Assembly: GCF_006345805.1 (NCBI RefSeq)
Contig: NC_042999.1
Span: forward strand, 109,120,001-109,184,000
DNA length: 64,000 bases
Reading direction: 5' to 3'
DNA from: Octopus sinensis
Lineage: Eukaryota
Shown: piece by piece, positions 1-13,719 of the stretch
Position numbering within the stretch: position 1 is the first letter of the stretch
Layout of the letters: each line of letters starts with the position of its first letter
Notes under the pieces: model-generated
Seen by the model: the letters and a program-made list of their open reading frames with translations, nothing else
What the model was told of the DNA's origin: nothing
Databases searched by the model: none
Translations under genes and position numbers: made by a program

Positions 1-27
1 TAGATAGATAGATAGATAGATAGATAC
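1..27. repeat. (TAGA)n microsatellite
   Basis: Direct tandem TAGA repeats at the window start. Confidence 0.95.
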
Positions 28-428
28 AGAAAGAGAGAGATGGAGAGGCATAGAATGACAGAGTCTGAGAATAATTCAAATCATCATTGTCATGGTCATT
101 TAATGTCTTTTCGATGCTTCATGAGTTGGATGGAATTTGTTGAGGCAGATTTCTTGTAAACCATTGCCCCTTCCCATTGTCAACCTTCACCTATTTCCAA
201 GTAAGGTAATATTTCCCATGGTCAAATATGTTTTCCATACAAGACTAGAAATGAGTAACATTGTTTGTATGACGATGATGTTCATTTACAAACATCGAGT
301 GATGTCAATAAAGGAGTATACACAAACACACAAATATATGCAAACACACACACCCATGAACACACACATATACATATACGTGTATATATATATAAACAAA
401 TGCACACATGTATACATATATATACATG

Positions 429-470
<42 letters not shown>

Positions 471-592
471 TACATGCGTGTTTTCCATCTGTGCACTCAA
501 TAAATATTTTTCTGTTTGTCTGTACATTCATTGTACGTTTGTTTGTGCATTTACTATACATTTTTCACTTATTATTATATATATATATATGT

Positions 593-1232
593 ATCATCAT
601 CATCATCATTTAACGTCCATTGTCCAAGCTGGCATGAGTTGGACTTTTTGACTGGGATGGCACGCTAGAAGGCTGCGCCAGGATCCAGTCTTACTTGGCA
701 TGGTTTTCTACTGCTGGATGCCCTTCCTAATGCCAACCTCTCTAAGAGTGTAATGGATGCTTTTACATTGCACTGGCATGGCTGCCATTTGTGTGACACC
801 ATTATCTGTTATGACTACAATTTTGCTTAACTTGATGGATCTTTTTCTCAAGCATGACATAATGCCAAAAGCCTTGTTGATTGCCTTTGTGAGGCCCAAC
901 ACTCAACAGTAACTTGGCCACTTTGCCTCTATGAGGCTCAACACATAAAAGGAACTCAGCCACCTCACCTTCATCATCATCATCATCATCATCATCGTTT
1001 AACATCCACTTTCCATGCTAGCATGGGTTGGATGGTTCAACTGGAGTCTGGTAAGACAGGAGGCTGCATCAGAATCCAGTCTGATCTGTCAGTGTTTCTA
1101 CAGCTGGATGCCCTCTCTAACACCAACCACTCCGTGAGTGTAGTGGGTGCTTTTTACATGCCACTTGCACAGGGGCCAGATAAGGCTGGCAATGTCCATG
1201 ATTAGTTGGTGCTTTTTATGTGCCACTGGCAT
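593..1232 (-). mobile_element. Two RTE-associated (CAT)n-tailed short elements plus an RTE 3' remnant
   Basis: Motif (cat)n-cgtttaacgtcc-ttccatgctagcatgggttgg...ctggatgcccttcctaacgccaacc recurs at ~593 and ~972, and also at 10966, 31575, 38640-38880, 51760 and 58980-59170. 780-960 resembles the RTE 3' end at 38480-38560. Confidence 0.8.
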
Positions 1233-1439
1233 GGATACCACCAAAAAAGGAAGGAAAGAATACAAGCACAAACATAAAGAAGGAAGGGGAGAAAAAGGAA
1301 AAGGAAAAATGAAATAACTAAAACCGGAATCCCTAAACCACCAAACAAAAAACAGAAAACTCAAATATGGAGGCTCCAGTGGAATCCGAAACCTTACTGA
1401 AGAAAAGAAATTTGGAGTGAACTCCAAATTTGCTGTGGC

Positions 1440-2760
1440 AGGGACTGTCTAACACAGCTCTTACACCACATTGAGGATATACTTAAAGCCTTGGGAACAG
1501 GTTCAAACTCTGATGTCATATATCTTGACTTCAGTAAAGCGTTTGACAGGGTTGACCATAATATCTTACTTTCAAAATTGGCAAATGTTGGAATCTGTGG
1601 AAAACTTCTACACTGCAATGAGTATTTCCTGGCGAATAGAACACAACATGTTGTGGCTGATGGAGTCCACTCAAGCCCAGCAAAAGTCACCAGTGGTGTC
1701 CCACAGAGAACTGTCTTGGGCGCGTTCCTCTTTATAATCTACATAAATGACCTTTCCAGCGTCGTAAATCACTGCAAACTGAAAATATTTGCTAATGACA
1801 CTAAGCTCCAGCAAATCTTCAATGAAGAAGACCGAACTCAACTCCAGTCTGATCTATATGTGGTGAGTCAATGGGCAAACAAAAACAAAATGCAACTAAA
1901 CGAGGGAAAATTTGAGCTGATGCATTTTGGAAGAAAGACTATACTAAAACAGCCATACTCTCTTCCTTCAGGGGAACTGCTCACAGCATCTAATAATATC
2001 AGAGACCTAGGAGTAATTGTTCATAACAATCTCAGTTGGAGTGCCCACATCAACAATAAGGTTGATATAGCTCGTAGGATGAGCTCCTGGATCTTAAGAA
2101 CCTTCCAGTCCAGAGAAAAGGTGTCATCATTTCTCCTCCTTTGTACAGCCACACCTTGAACACTGCTGTCCTTTGTGGTCTCCCCATACCAAAAGAAACA
2201 TCTTGAAAATTGAATTACCCCAAGGGGCACTCACTAAAAGAATTAAGGGCATGACTGATCTCGATTACTGGGACCGCATTAAAGCCTTGAAACTACTCTT
2301 TCCAGCACCGCCACGAGCAGTACATCATTTGCACGATGTGGAGAATATACTGCCAGCATTGCCCAAATGACCTGAACATTAGCTTCAAGGTTCATCCAAG
2401 GCTGAGACTATGATCAATATGTCCCCTGCACAATTCAGTATCACAACATATAGGTACTCTGTGACACAATTTCTTTTCCTCAACAGGCCTTGCCCTGTTT
2501 AACATTGTCCCAAAACTGATCAAAAAGGAAAAGGATCCCATCACCTTTAAATAGAGTGTAGACAAATTTCTTCAAGGAATACCAGACAAGCTACCCATAC
2601 CTGGATACAACTCACTCAACAAGAACTCATTACTTCAATGGACCATGATACCACAAAACTTGACTTAAAAAGGATTTAAGTAATCCTATCAGGTGGTGCT
2701 ATTAAGTTACACATGGCTTGGACCAATCTTTGGTCGAAGCATATCTAAGTATCATCTAAG
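1440..2760 (+). mobile_element. CR1/L2-type LINE reverse transcriptase fragment, 5'-truncated and inactivated
   Basis: ORF 1491-2159 has YLDFSKAFDRVDH, SGVPQRTVLG and KIFANDTKL (catalytic FADD mutated to FAND), LQSDL and RDLGV. It continues by frameshift into WSPHTKRNI...LDYWDRIKALKL. Confidence 0.9.
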
Positions 2761-2769
2761 TTTTATATA

Positions 2770-2803
<34 letters not shown>

Positions 2804-2922
2804 TATACATATTCATATATAAATATTATTATTACATTATTATATGATCGAATGCCATGCATCCTTTTCCAAGTAAGTTTTATGCATATATATATATTTA
2901 TTTATGAATATATATATATACA

Positions 2923-2975
<53 letters not shown>

Positions 2976-2997
2976 GAATATATATATATATGTATGA

Positions 2998-3060
<63 letters not shown>
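2770..3060. repeat. (TA)n-rich microsatellite block
   Basis: Long TA dinucleotide runs; explains the YIYI-type ORFs. Confidence 0.95.
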
Positions 3061-3065
<5 letters not shown>

Positions 3066-3334
3066 TGGTTTCTATTTTTAGCAAGTTAATGTAGTAAAAT
3101 AATTCAATATTCCTAAATTAATGTATAGATATATTTCAGATAATTTCACAATCAATATTTTGGTATAAGTTATGATATGCTTTAGATAAGTTGTTAAGTA
3201 GTCTGAGTCAGTATAGTCATGTTTAGCCAACTGAAAGTTGGCTTAGCAGCTATCATACATTTGTAGAGATGTCTAATTCTAATTTGTAGTCCTGAAAGTC
3301 ACTGAGGAGTTTGTTGGAGAAGATTTTACTGTTT

Positions 3335-3669
3335 GCATCATGGAAGGTGTTTATAAGCCATTTAAAAACACACAAAAACTATTACATTTACTTCAACATT
3401 TAAATTTAATTTGTCAAAATATTTTCATTGCTTTGAAACCACGACCTGTTCACTGACAAAATTCTGTGCTGCACAGAATTTTGTCAGTGAACAGGTCACA
3501 GTTTCAAAGCGATGAAAATATTTTGACAATTTAAATTTAAATGTTGAAGTGAATCTATTGGTCTTTGTGTGTTTTTAAATGGCTTATAAACACCTTCCAC
3601 GCTGCAATTGTTTTTGTGTCAGCACACGATCTCAGATCAGGTTACTTGCTATGCCTGTTCATCTCTGTA
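3335..3669. mobile_element. Fold-back insertion: ~135-bp inverted arms, 1-nt spacer, 64-bp tail, flanked by a 12-bp direct repeat
   Basis: tggaaggtgtttataagccatttaaaaacacac...gacaaaattctgtgc-t-gcacagaattttgtc...gtgtgtttttaaatggcttataaacaccttcca. ATTTTACTGTTT occurs at 3323-3334 and 3670-3681. Confidence 0.8.
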
Positions 3670-4461
3670 ATTTTACTGTTTCATAGATGAAAACAATAAA
3701 CTATGCTGAAGCATTTTTTGTTGACTGGAGAAAAACTCCTAAATTGACTAAAGCCTTACAAACTTGTCAGTTGATTTTAAAGAATCATTGAAATTCTGAA
3801 CTACTATCATGAATAAGCTAGACTTTGTAAAATAATACAACCTAAAGTAGAGATTGCATTATGCTTTGGACATAGAACAGTGTCATTGAGTTTCATAGTA
3901 GGAAGAGTAGAAGTGTGTTTTGAGCCTCTTGTTATGAGAGTGTATTTTACCCATTATTTGTTTCAAATTTTTGTACAAGAGTAACAGTTTTGGGAGAAGG
4001 GATAAGTTGATTACATCGACCTCAGTGTTCAACTGGTACTTATTTTATTGACCCTAAAAGGATGAGATGTTAAGTTGACCTTGGTGGAATTTGAACACAA
4101 AACACATAGACAGATGAAATGTTGCTAAGCATTTTACCTGGTGTGCTAACAATTCTGAAAAATATTGAAAAATATATATAACCAAAGGTTATATTTGCAA
4201 ACATTACTTTTATACATACATGTGTACGTATTTATTTATGAAAAGTGATTGCACATAGGCAAACATAGTATGCTAAGTAAATAGTAAGGAGAGACAGCTT
4301 TACATGTTTTTGTCCAAATTCCATTCATGAATTCTGCTTTGCTTCATTTATGAGTTAGTAGCAAAAATACCAATGATATAGTGGTATAAAGTTAGTTATA
4401 CCTCTTCTCCAGAGAAATAATAAGCTTCTATTTATGAAAATAAATTGTAGATAGATTCTTT

Positions 4462-4762
4462 GATTTGTTTCAGTCATTTGACTGTGGCCAAACTGGAGCA
4501 CTGCCTTTAATCAAACAAATCGACCCCCAGACTTATTCTTTGTAAGCCTAGTACTTATTCTATTGGTTGCTTTTGCCAAATCGCTAAGTTACAGGGACGT
4601 AAATACACCAGCATTGGTTGTGAAGTGATGGTCGGGAGGCTAACACAGATACATACACACACACACACACACACACACATGATGAGCTTCTTTCAGTTTC
4701 CATCTACCAAATCCACTCACAAGGTTTTGGTCGGCCCGAGGCTATACTAAAAGACATTTGCC
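4462..4762 (-). mobile_element. tRNA-derived SINE family 1, 5'-truncated
   Basis: Matches the body and tail of the well-preserved copy at 52756-53160. Confidence 0.85.
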
Positions 4763-7019
4763 AGTCATTTTGTTTATATTTTAAATCTTATCACAGTAAT
4801 ATCATTTTTTCCTGCATATTAGCATAATGACTTTCCCTAGACACAACAAAATTGTTTTCCCTGTATATGATTATTATTTTTATTTAGTTCAGTACTAAAA
4901 AGGATAAATGGTCTCTGTTTATCCTACTATACTAATTTGAGTGACTTGTAACAGTTGTCCATTTGTAATCATTATTTTGTAATTGATGACAAAAAATCAT
5001 TAATCTCAGTTCTGATCATTGTACATGTGGTTTATAATTATGAAGAAAGCTTTTTATTTTCATTTACCATTTAGAGAACATATATGGGGTCTGCTTATAT
5101 TAAACAGTCAAATTATTATAGTAAAAATATCTGTAAAGTATTTTCTCCAATATCCAAATTTGTAAAGCTTGTTACCCATTCATATTCATAAAAGTAGATA
5201 GAAAACAGTAAAAATAACTACAGAAAAGAAGCTAGAGATGTCTAAGTATAACATTTCTATAATCCTATACGTATTTTATATACATTTTACTATAAACTAA
5301 TCCCAACATAAGTGCTAATCTGAAGTAAAGAATATTTCCTGAGAAAAGTGCATTTTATTTTCAAAAATAGTTTTGATAAATAGCATCTTTTTTCAAAGAT
5401 AATAATAAAATATCTTAGCTTTATTTGAGCTGATCTGATTGTTTTTATTGTTCTCAGTATTATTGATTGCTTTTACTCTATACCTTTTTGATATCTTTTT
5501 ATATTATGATCAATAATAATAATTGTTGAAATCAATATATATATCAATTGATTTCACAGATTCATATCTTGAAGCATATCTTGTTAGTTATACTAAACAA
5601 TAAAATGTTTATAAATGTAGTGTATTTGAATGATTTGTAACTTAATCTAAAATTATTATTATTTTAATAATTTTTTGTTGTGAGATTTGGCTCACAAATT
5701 TTGGAGATTTTCTAGCATGTTATATATTCTTTGGTCTTTACTGAGAAGAATATATTACACATTTCAATTAACAGTTCATTTTTTCACTTAAAAAGAACAT
5801 GGGATTTTTCATAGTTTCTCAGATTGAATGTACTAAGAATGCTTCACTCTGGAGTTTTAGGGTGGAATGTTTCAAACATTTTGTCCAAATGTCCAAGCAT
5901 TCTAATAATTACAAATATCAATTATGATATGGCTGGATTTCACAAAATCTACAAAGATCTTAACATTTATCAAGCTGCCTGTTTTATGACTATTTTTCAA
6001 AAATAGATTTAAAATCCCAAATCAAAGACTACCAGATATATTATATAATAATTGGAAGCTTTAATATCCATTATTTAATCAATTTTACCAATTTTTATAG
6101 TTAATCCATTTATTTTTCTATTTCATTGATTTCTTGATTCTAAAATTCCAATTTTTCCAAATTTTTATTTTATATATGTTAGAAGAGATAAACTATAGCT
6201 CTTTGTGGATGAAAATGGAATTGAAAGAGAGAGGTGAAAGTGCATGAAATTGATTATATAGTTATTCCATTGTGTTATACCAGCTGTAGTGATTTATGAA
6301 ATAGTAAACAAAAGATGATTACTGTTACAGATATGCTAGCTAGATGATGATTTTGTGATCTTATTGCAATTTTTTTTATATTTCATTTGCCAAACAGCTA
6401 AAGATTTGGAGAATGGATTTACTTTAGATATTTTCATTCTGTTCTTTGGAAATATTTTTTAATCAGATAAATGCAATAAAGTACTGAAGATTAAAACCTA
6501 TATTTATAGATAGAAATTCAATACTCTGAATGCTTAAGACTATTGATATTCTTCTAGTTATTCTAAGAAAATTTCATCACAAATGGCAATGCTCATTTTG
6601 AATACTTAAAATATCACTTTTATTGTTATTGTTGCTATTATTGTTAAAAATTTCTTGAGCTATTATACATAACTTTTTGTTTATTTCATAATACAAAGAA
6701 CATGAAATATGGTAGCTTTGAAGTTATGAAGATTATTTGGTTTTACCTCAGCTTCAATTGTTGAAAAATCATTGAAATAAAGAGATATACAATAAGAATC
6801 TGGGCCAGACAGCATCATTTAAGTTAGTAGTCAACTCAGATTCTAAAGTACTACATGGTACTTGACAAGAAACAGCAGCTGTATTTTAATGTTGCATGCA
6901 TAACGTTTTAAGTTTTACTTCTGGTTGTATAAACATTTTATTCCATTTTAAACTTTTTCTCTTGGTGTCAGCTATATTGTAGTGTTTATGTGTCCCATAA
7001 ATGTGGGGGTGGGCACGTG

Positions 7020-7065
<46 letters not shown>

Positions 7066-7949
7066 ATATTTTCATGTAGATTTGTGCCTCACATACCACA
7101 TGTGTTGATTGTGGTGTGTGATGTATAGTAATAAGTCATCACAAATTTATCTACAAATACTATGTGCTTGTTTATTTAACTTACCTTTATGAGACACAGA
7201 AACACTTGAAAATGGCTGATATCATAAGAAAAGGCTAAAACAAGGTAAATTCCATATCACCTGCATTTAAACATTGACTGACTGCATCAGCCTTATAAGT
7301 CAAAGAAAAATAAATTGAGTAAATCTAAAATTATTCTATTTTTGTCTGTGTCCCTCTCTATATATAAAAATATGTTTGTTTACTTGTTTGTTTTTCTCTT
7401 CTCTTACTTTCTCTCTCTCTCTCACTCTCTCACTCTTTATTTTATTTAGAATGAAAAAAATAACTTGAATATATTATTTGGAAATCACAATTAATTAACT
7501 GCTGCTCTATACTGATGGAGCATAAAAATGTAGAAAGAGTCCATTTGTTGATATAGATGCAGAAGAAATATGAAATATTAAGTATATTTAAATTTAAGTG
7601 TATAAACACATTTAACATGATGAGTAATTTAAAAAAAAATTGAAATAAACACATTTTGCTGTTTACTTGCTTATCTTTTTACCATGAAAAATAGACAACC
7701 AATCAACAAATTGCCTTTAGTTTAAATTTTACTTCATACTTGCCAAACACATTTTATCTCTTTGCGGATAAAATGAAACATTTCCTGAATCGTAATATTT
7801 GCTATATTTAATGAAAAATCACAGTTTAGAAACTTAGTTGTTAATGTGTTTAACTATTTGATACAATTTCACTATTAGCCTATGTTGTCAGCCTTACTAT
7901 ATCTCAATAATTATAACAATATTGCATAAAGCTAAATTGATACAGAGTT

Positions 7950-8326
7950 ATTACCTACTCCTTAGCAAAGGCAGAGGTATTGTTTTCAGTCAGGTTTGTT
8001 TATTTGTTTATTTGTCCATGGACAAGATATCTCAAGAACTGCTGGATGGATTCGAATGAAACTTTCAGGGATGTTTGGCCTCATGATTGGTATGAACTAA
8101 TTAGATTTTAGGATTGATCGCATACCAGACAAAGATTCTGGATTATTTTTCTGACTTTTTTACTTAATTTTTGAGAGCAGTCAAGTTCATTTTTAGTATT
8201 CTCATTTGAGAGAGCAGTCGAGTTTATTCCAGAGATTTTCATTTAAAAAATCATCTCTGGCTAATCATTGACAGGACGTTGGTGTTGCCTTGGTGAAGGT
8301 TTGCACTCTCTGAGAGCTCTTGTTCT
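7950..8326 (+). mobile_element. Helentron/HINE-like non-autonomous rolling-circle element (probable)
   Basis: 5' tacctactccttagcaaaggcagaggt; internal ggatggattcgaatgaaactttcaggg; 3' ccttggtgaaggt followed by a short hairpin gcactctctgagagc. This resembles the HINE layout as recalled, not searched. Confidence 0.55.
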
Positions 8327-8646
8327 AATATGCATTAGGAACAATTTTCTGTATGAGCCATATTGTGTGGAAACTAATATGATAAAAATATAACTGAATA
8401 CAAATTTCTTTGATACTAGGATGATTTTATAATTAAAACTACATACTAAATTTATATACTTTTTATCAGAACTTTAGTCAATTTAAAAACTTCAGAATAC
8501 TTTAATCATCTACAAGTCCTAAATATGATGTTACTGTAATCCTCATGTCTCATTTATAAAATTATCGCAATCAGTTAAAAGCCACATTCTTTGAAAATAT
8601 TTGACTTGAACTCTCCAGCTATGTTTAAACATTTATTACATTCTAT

Positions 8647-8782
8647 TGTGTCTAGGGAGAGTCATTTTCTTTTTGTGCCTTATAATTTAACACACTCACT
8701 AGTAAAATTTCCACTTATTTCTTATACCAGTGAGTGTGTTAAATTATAAGGCACAAAAAGAAAATGAATCTCCCCAGACACA
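8647..8782. repeat. Fold-back/MITE-like element with ~55-bp arms
   Basis: tgtgtctagggagagtcattttctttttgtgccttataatttaacacactcact is inverted as agtgagtgtgttaaattataaggcacaaaaagaaaatgaatctccccagacaca. Confidence 0.85.
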
Positions 8783-9577
8783 ACAAAATATGCTTCAACA
8801 CATGAACTCATATAAAGAATCTTGCAAATCAAATCCAAAAGCGAAATATTTATTACATTTTCTATCAAATACTCATCACCCACACTTTACAGAATTCCTA
8901 TTAAGCACTTTGAAATTTTGCATCACCACTTTAATCCAAAAGCTATATAGGGCTCTAGATTTTAATCTTATTGGGAGTAACAAAGAAATCTATGGAAGAA
9001 AATAGTTTATTAATTCTAGCACAGCCCTCAAATAATTCTTTGAAATACAATACATATGTATTTCTGCATCTGCTATATAAAATGTGCTTTTACATAGGAG
9101 TTTTCTGTTTCTTTATGTTATTCATATGGCTTGAGCAAACCACTTGATAATTCCTTAATTAAATTAATTTTAAAGCTATTTTAATCTATTAGCTTATCTC
9201 TACTTTACAACAATGGGAAAATATGGGTGGCAAATTTACTTTTCATTTGTCAATTCAAACTTTAATTTGACAGCATTCCATTATCTATAGCTTAGTAAGC
9301 ACTAAAGAGACTAGAGCAGATACTAGTTTTTGAAAGTGGTTTATCATAAACAAAAGTTATGGAAATAAATTCAGTTAGCAGTTTAGTATACAAGTGTTTA
9401 TCTAGGACATTTTTGTATTGCACTTCTCAAGGTAACCACATAGGAATTCAAAACTGAATGTTCTAAGAAGCTATTATAAGTTGATTAATGCAGAAACTTT
9501 TAATGAACTAATAAAGGTATGTCAATTGAAAAAAAAAATAATCATGCTTCCCACTTTCTCCCCTGTAAATATTTCAG

Positions 9578-9696
9578 AACTAAACTGGACAGTGCAGAAA
9601 GCACAAACATCCCAGACTGTTGTATTGCACTTCACCCTAAATAATGATCAGTCCCTATATGTTGGAATTTACAATATAGTTTGTAGAGATGTTGAG
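9578..9696 (+). CDS. Candidate internal coding exon of an unidentified host gene (phase 1 to 0)
   Basis: Acceptor cccactttctcccctgtaaatatttcag and donor GAG|gtataa. Only one frame is open: LNWTVQKAQTSQTVVLHFTLNNDQSLYVGIYNIVCRDVE. No TE motif recognised. Confidence 0.45.
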
Positions 9697-11152
9697 GTAT
9701 AATACATCATCATCATCGTAGAACAGTATATTTATGGGTTGTGCCTAGTTGTTTGGCCCAACAACTTTTTGTTGTTGTGTATACTTGCTTGTTTTAATGA
9801 CTTACATTTCAGTTATTTCTTTAATTTCTTTTATGTTTCAGCCTTGAGGCTGTGGCCCTGCTGGGGTAAATTAAATTTTTTTTTTATTTACAAGGAGTAG
9901 AAACATAAAACGGGTATATTTAATTTTTTAGGCAGTAATAGTAAAACTTAGTATAAAAATAAAGGTCTATGACATTTTTATGCAAATTATTCTAAAGAAA
10001 AATCATTAATTCTATTAATTAATCAAAATAAGTTCATCTAGTTATAGTTTTCCCACATTCCTCATCTTCTATTGCTAGCTTTCTACAATATTTCTGTGAA
10101 TATTACAGGAAACTAGATGAATTTATTTTGATTAATTATTATAATTAATAATTTCTTAAAAAATTGTCGGAAATAGTCAATATTTAGTCATGAAGTATAT
10201 TGTGTAATTTATATTAAAATTTTATAATGTCTACCAAAGCATGTAATATGCTGTTTGTATTGAATTTGGAGGATAAATAGTTATTGATAGAAAAAACAGT
10301 TGACTTCTATAGAATATATGCTAATATGTATTCTCATTTTAATTACAAAGAATTGAATACTTTCCACTTTAATTTATATCTATAAATTGTTTTATAACTT
10401 CATTGTACTCTATACTCCATTCTGTAATATTATTAACATTTTATGCTGATATGCTTTAGAAATTATTAATTTGGTATCCATCTTGTTCTCAAATTTCATA
10501 TTTTTTTCTTAAAACTCAGAATGAATTTTCTTTGTCTATGACCTTTTAAAAATTTGTGTGTATACTTGCTTAATCTTACTTAAATGCATAGTTGCTTGTT
10601 ACTGTATTATGTCAGTTTTTTGATACCTGTAGGGGTTGGATGATCATTACAAATTTAGACATTCTCAAACTAATGGAAAAAGTGATTTTTTTTTTAACAG
10701 TTTCTTATTTTATTCTCTTGTTTACCTCTCAATTATTCCGTTGTGAAGTAGAAATAGTAGATGTAGTCATGCAAGTAATAAGATTACTCACACAAATCTA
10801 AAACAAACATACAAGCACATGCATATGTGCATGCACACAGACTGGCAGACACACATACACACATGGAGTATGTGGTAGTATTTCTTGGTTCAGTAAACTT
10901 CAACTTCCTTCCTATTCTTTGTACTACTACTCATGTAAAAAAACTGATTTTCCTGTGTATGTACGTCATCACCATCATTTAACGTCCGTTTTCCATACTG
11001 GCATGGGTTGGAAGGTTTGACTGAAAACTGGTAAATGGGGAGCTGCACCAGGTTCCAATCTGATTTTGCATGGTTTCTATGACTGGATGCCCTTTCTAAT
11101 GTCAACCACTCCAAGAGTGTAGGAAGGTTATGTGTGTAAAAATTGTTATACA

Positions 11153-11191
<39 letters not shown>

Positions 11192-11373
11192 GTATATATG
11201 TATAAACACACATACACACATTCAATAATAAGGCATGTAAGTTCACTATAATTAGTCTTAGTAAAATATTTGTCCCAAAGTGCTTTACAAATATTCATAA
11301 AAATGAAAGATTATGGGGCTGCAACACAAGTCAATAAAGTGAAAGAATATATAGGAAATACACAAGATCTTAC

Positions 11374-11455
11374 CTCATAGCAAGATTTTCACAATAGAAC
11401 ATATCCTTTTGAGAACTATATCTCTTATCAGGCAATATAAAAAGGTATAATGTCT
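11374..11455 (-). CDS. Weak candidate coding exon (82 nt)
   Basis: Minus-strand acceptor ctgattacag and strong donor GAG|gtaaga. One open frame: TLYLFILPDKRYSSQKDMFYCENLAM. Confidence 0.25.
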
Positions 11456-12414
11456 CTGTAATCAGCAATCACATGGGTTAAATATAAAATTTCCCTTGGG
11501 CAGACATATGTGCTGAAAAATAGATGTCCAACTAAATGAGATTACTTCATATGAAAAACTACTATAAATTGTTCAATATGATCCCTTCTTAGGAACATAC
11601 ATACATTTGTATAAGGTGTGGGGTTGTGACATGTAAAAACTAAAGTTCTCAGGATAACAAACTTCATGAAAATCAAATACAATATGACAAAGGGAATAAG
11701 TAAGAACTCATTGAGTCTCTAGATTGTTTCAGTATTTTCTTTCTTGTTAATGTAAGGATCTTATAAATTGTCTCCTTATTAACAATAGACATGAATTGTA
11801 CTGTGCTGGTCAGTTCCAGGCACTCTGTCAGTTACGACAATGAATATTTCAGTTGACTCAATCAACAGAACAGTCCGTTCATGAAATTGATGTGCAAGTC
11901 ACTGAGCACTCCACAGATATGTGTACCTTCTCAGGAAGATTCAGCACGACACATTAAATGCGGCAAGGCTGGCCCATTGAATTACAAGTACAACCCATTT
12001 TTGCCAGCTGAGATGACTAGAGTAATGTGAAATAAAATGTCTTGTTCAAGGATATAATTTGTCACCTGGGAAGTGAAATCATGACCTTACAATTGTGAGC
12101 CAAATGCACTTAGTCTCACATACCATCAGTGCTAGTTGGACATTATTACACTGCCAATCTGTATATGTCAACCAAATTATCTCCACATATCTGTGGAGAT
12201 CAGTGCTAAGCTTACTCACCATTTTATTTTCATACAATCTTTTTAAAGGCAACGTATTGAAATATATGGTAAAAGTGTAAGCTATTGTTTGTGATTGCTT
12301 GTATTAACTTTTGTATTTCTAATCTGCATTGTTGTGGTTTTTTAATACACATTCAGCTCTTTCAACTTTAGAAAACAAAGCTTCATACAAATTATACTAT
12401 TTACATATGTCTCT

Positions 12415-12415
12415 A

Positions 12416-12462
<47 letters not shown>

Positions 12463-12560
12463 GCTTGCCTGTCTGTCTGTCTGCCTGTCTGTCTGCCTGC
12501 CTGCCTGCCTGCTTGCCTGCCTGCTTGCCTGCCTGTCTGCATGCCTGCCTGCCTGTCTCC

Positions 12561-12594
<34 letters not shown>

Positions 12595-12600
12595 GCATGC

Positions 12601-12645
<45 letters not shown>

Positions 12646-12790
12646 AACATATACATATGTATTTACATATTATGTATATATATCTTTCTTTCACTTTATA
12701 TATACTTATCATCATCATTATTATCATCATGTAATGTTTGTCGTCCATGCTGGTATGGATTGGACTATATATATATCTACACACATACAT

Positions 12791-12826
<36 letters not shown>

Positions 12827-12860
12827 ACTTATACACACATACACATCCATACACACACAT
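12415..12860. repeat. Compound microsatellite (TCTG/CCTG/TA/TATG/CAT/CA)
   Basis: Direct tandem repeats; explains several low-complexity ORFs. Confidence 0.95.
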
Positions 12861-12989
12861 AACCAGTAGTAGTAGCACAACTATTTTTAGCATTAAAAGT
12901 GATTTGCCTGCATAACAAAGTACTCAACGCAGTAAAGAGCAGAGTTTAGTATGATGTAATATGTGCATATAAGTGTGTCTGTGTGCATG

Positions 12990-13023
<34 letters not shown>

Positions 13024-13587
13024 TATCTATGTGTGTGTGTGTAAGTATATGATTTTTGACAGAGTACAATGGAACCAGGATGAGGGAAATATGATTACTG
13101 AGTTTGTGCTGCTCAGGATAAACCAATTGTATACAGAAATAATATCATATTTCCTGAAATCCACCTAACAAAAAATTAGCTTTATTAAATTTGCTGTTTT
13201 TATTTTATGCAAATTGATTTACTGCTTAAAATGTTAGTTAAAGGTACCAAATTATTATTATTTAATTTAATTGGGAATATTATTTATTAATATGAAAATT
13301 TTAATTGGATCTTTTAATCTATGATAAATAATTTCACATTTTAACTGCATTGTAAATATATTCCATTTTTAACTATGTAAAATGCACTGAAGGACATGTA
13401 TACTCTATTCATATTCAAATAAATTTACATTATAAATTTGCATTTCCTTAACGAAAATAAAAATCTAATGAATTTAATTCATTTAAGTTCAGATAGGAAG
13501 CTGAATTCATACTGTTAATGTAGATTTATTTCTGAAAAATATTCTAAATGAATAAGGACATTAGCCATAATAAGATATGTATGTGTA

Positions 13588-13641
<54 letters not shown>

Positions 13642-13719
13642 TGCATGCAATTTCTGTTGATTAAAGTAATTCAACAGACAACATTTAAGCTGTACCTTGA
13701 GATAAAAAGAGCAGATTCT

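Noticed and set aside
137-651. ORFs rich in YIYI/HTHT/MYVC here and at ~2700, 12330, 17600, 40800, 46230 and 62400
   Set aside because: Translations of TA, CA and CATA microsatellites; no coding complexity.
9842-9865. AG-GT flanked 24-nt segment
   Set aside because: Resembles a SINE tail fragment and has an in-frame stop after the preceding phase-0 exon candidate.
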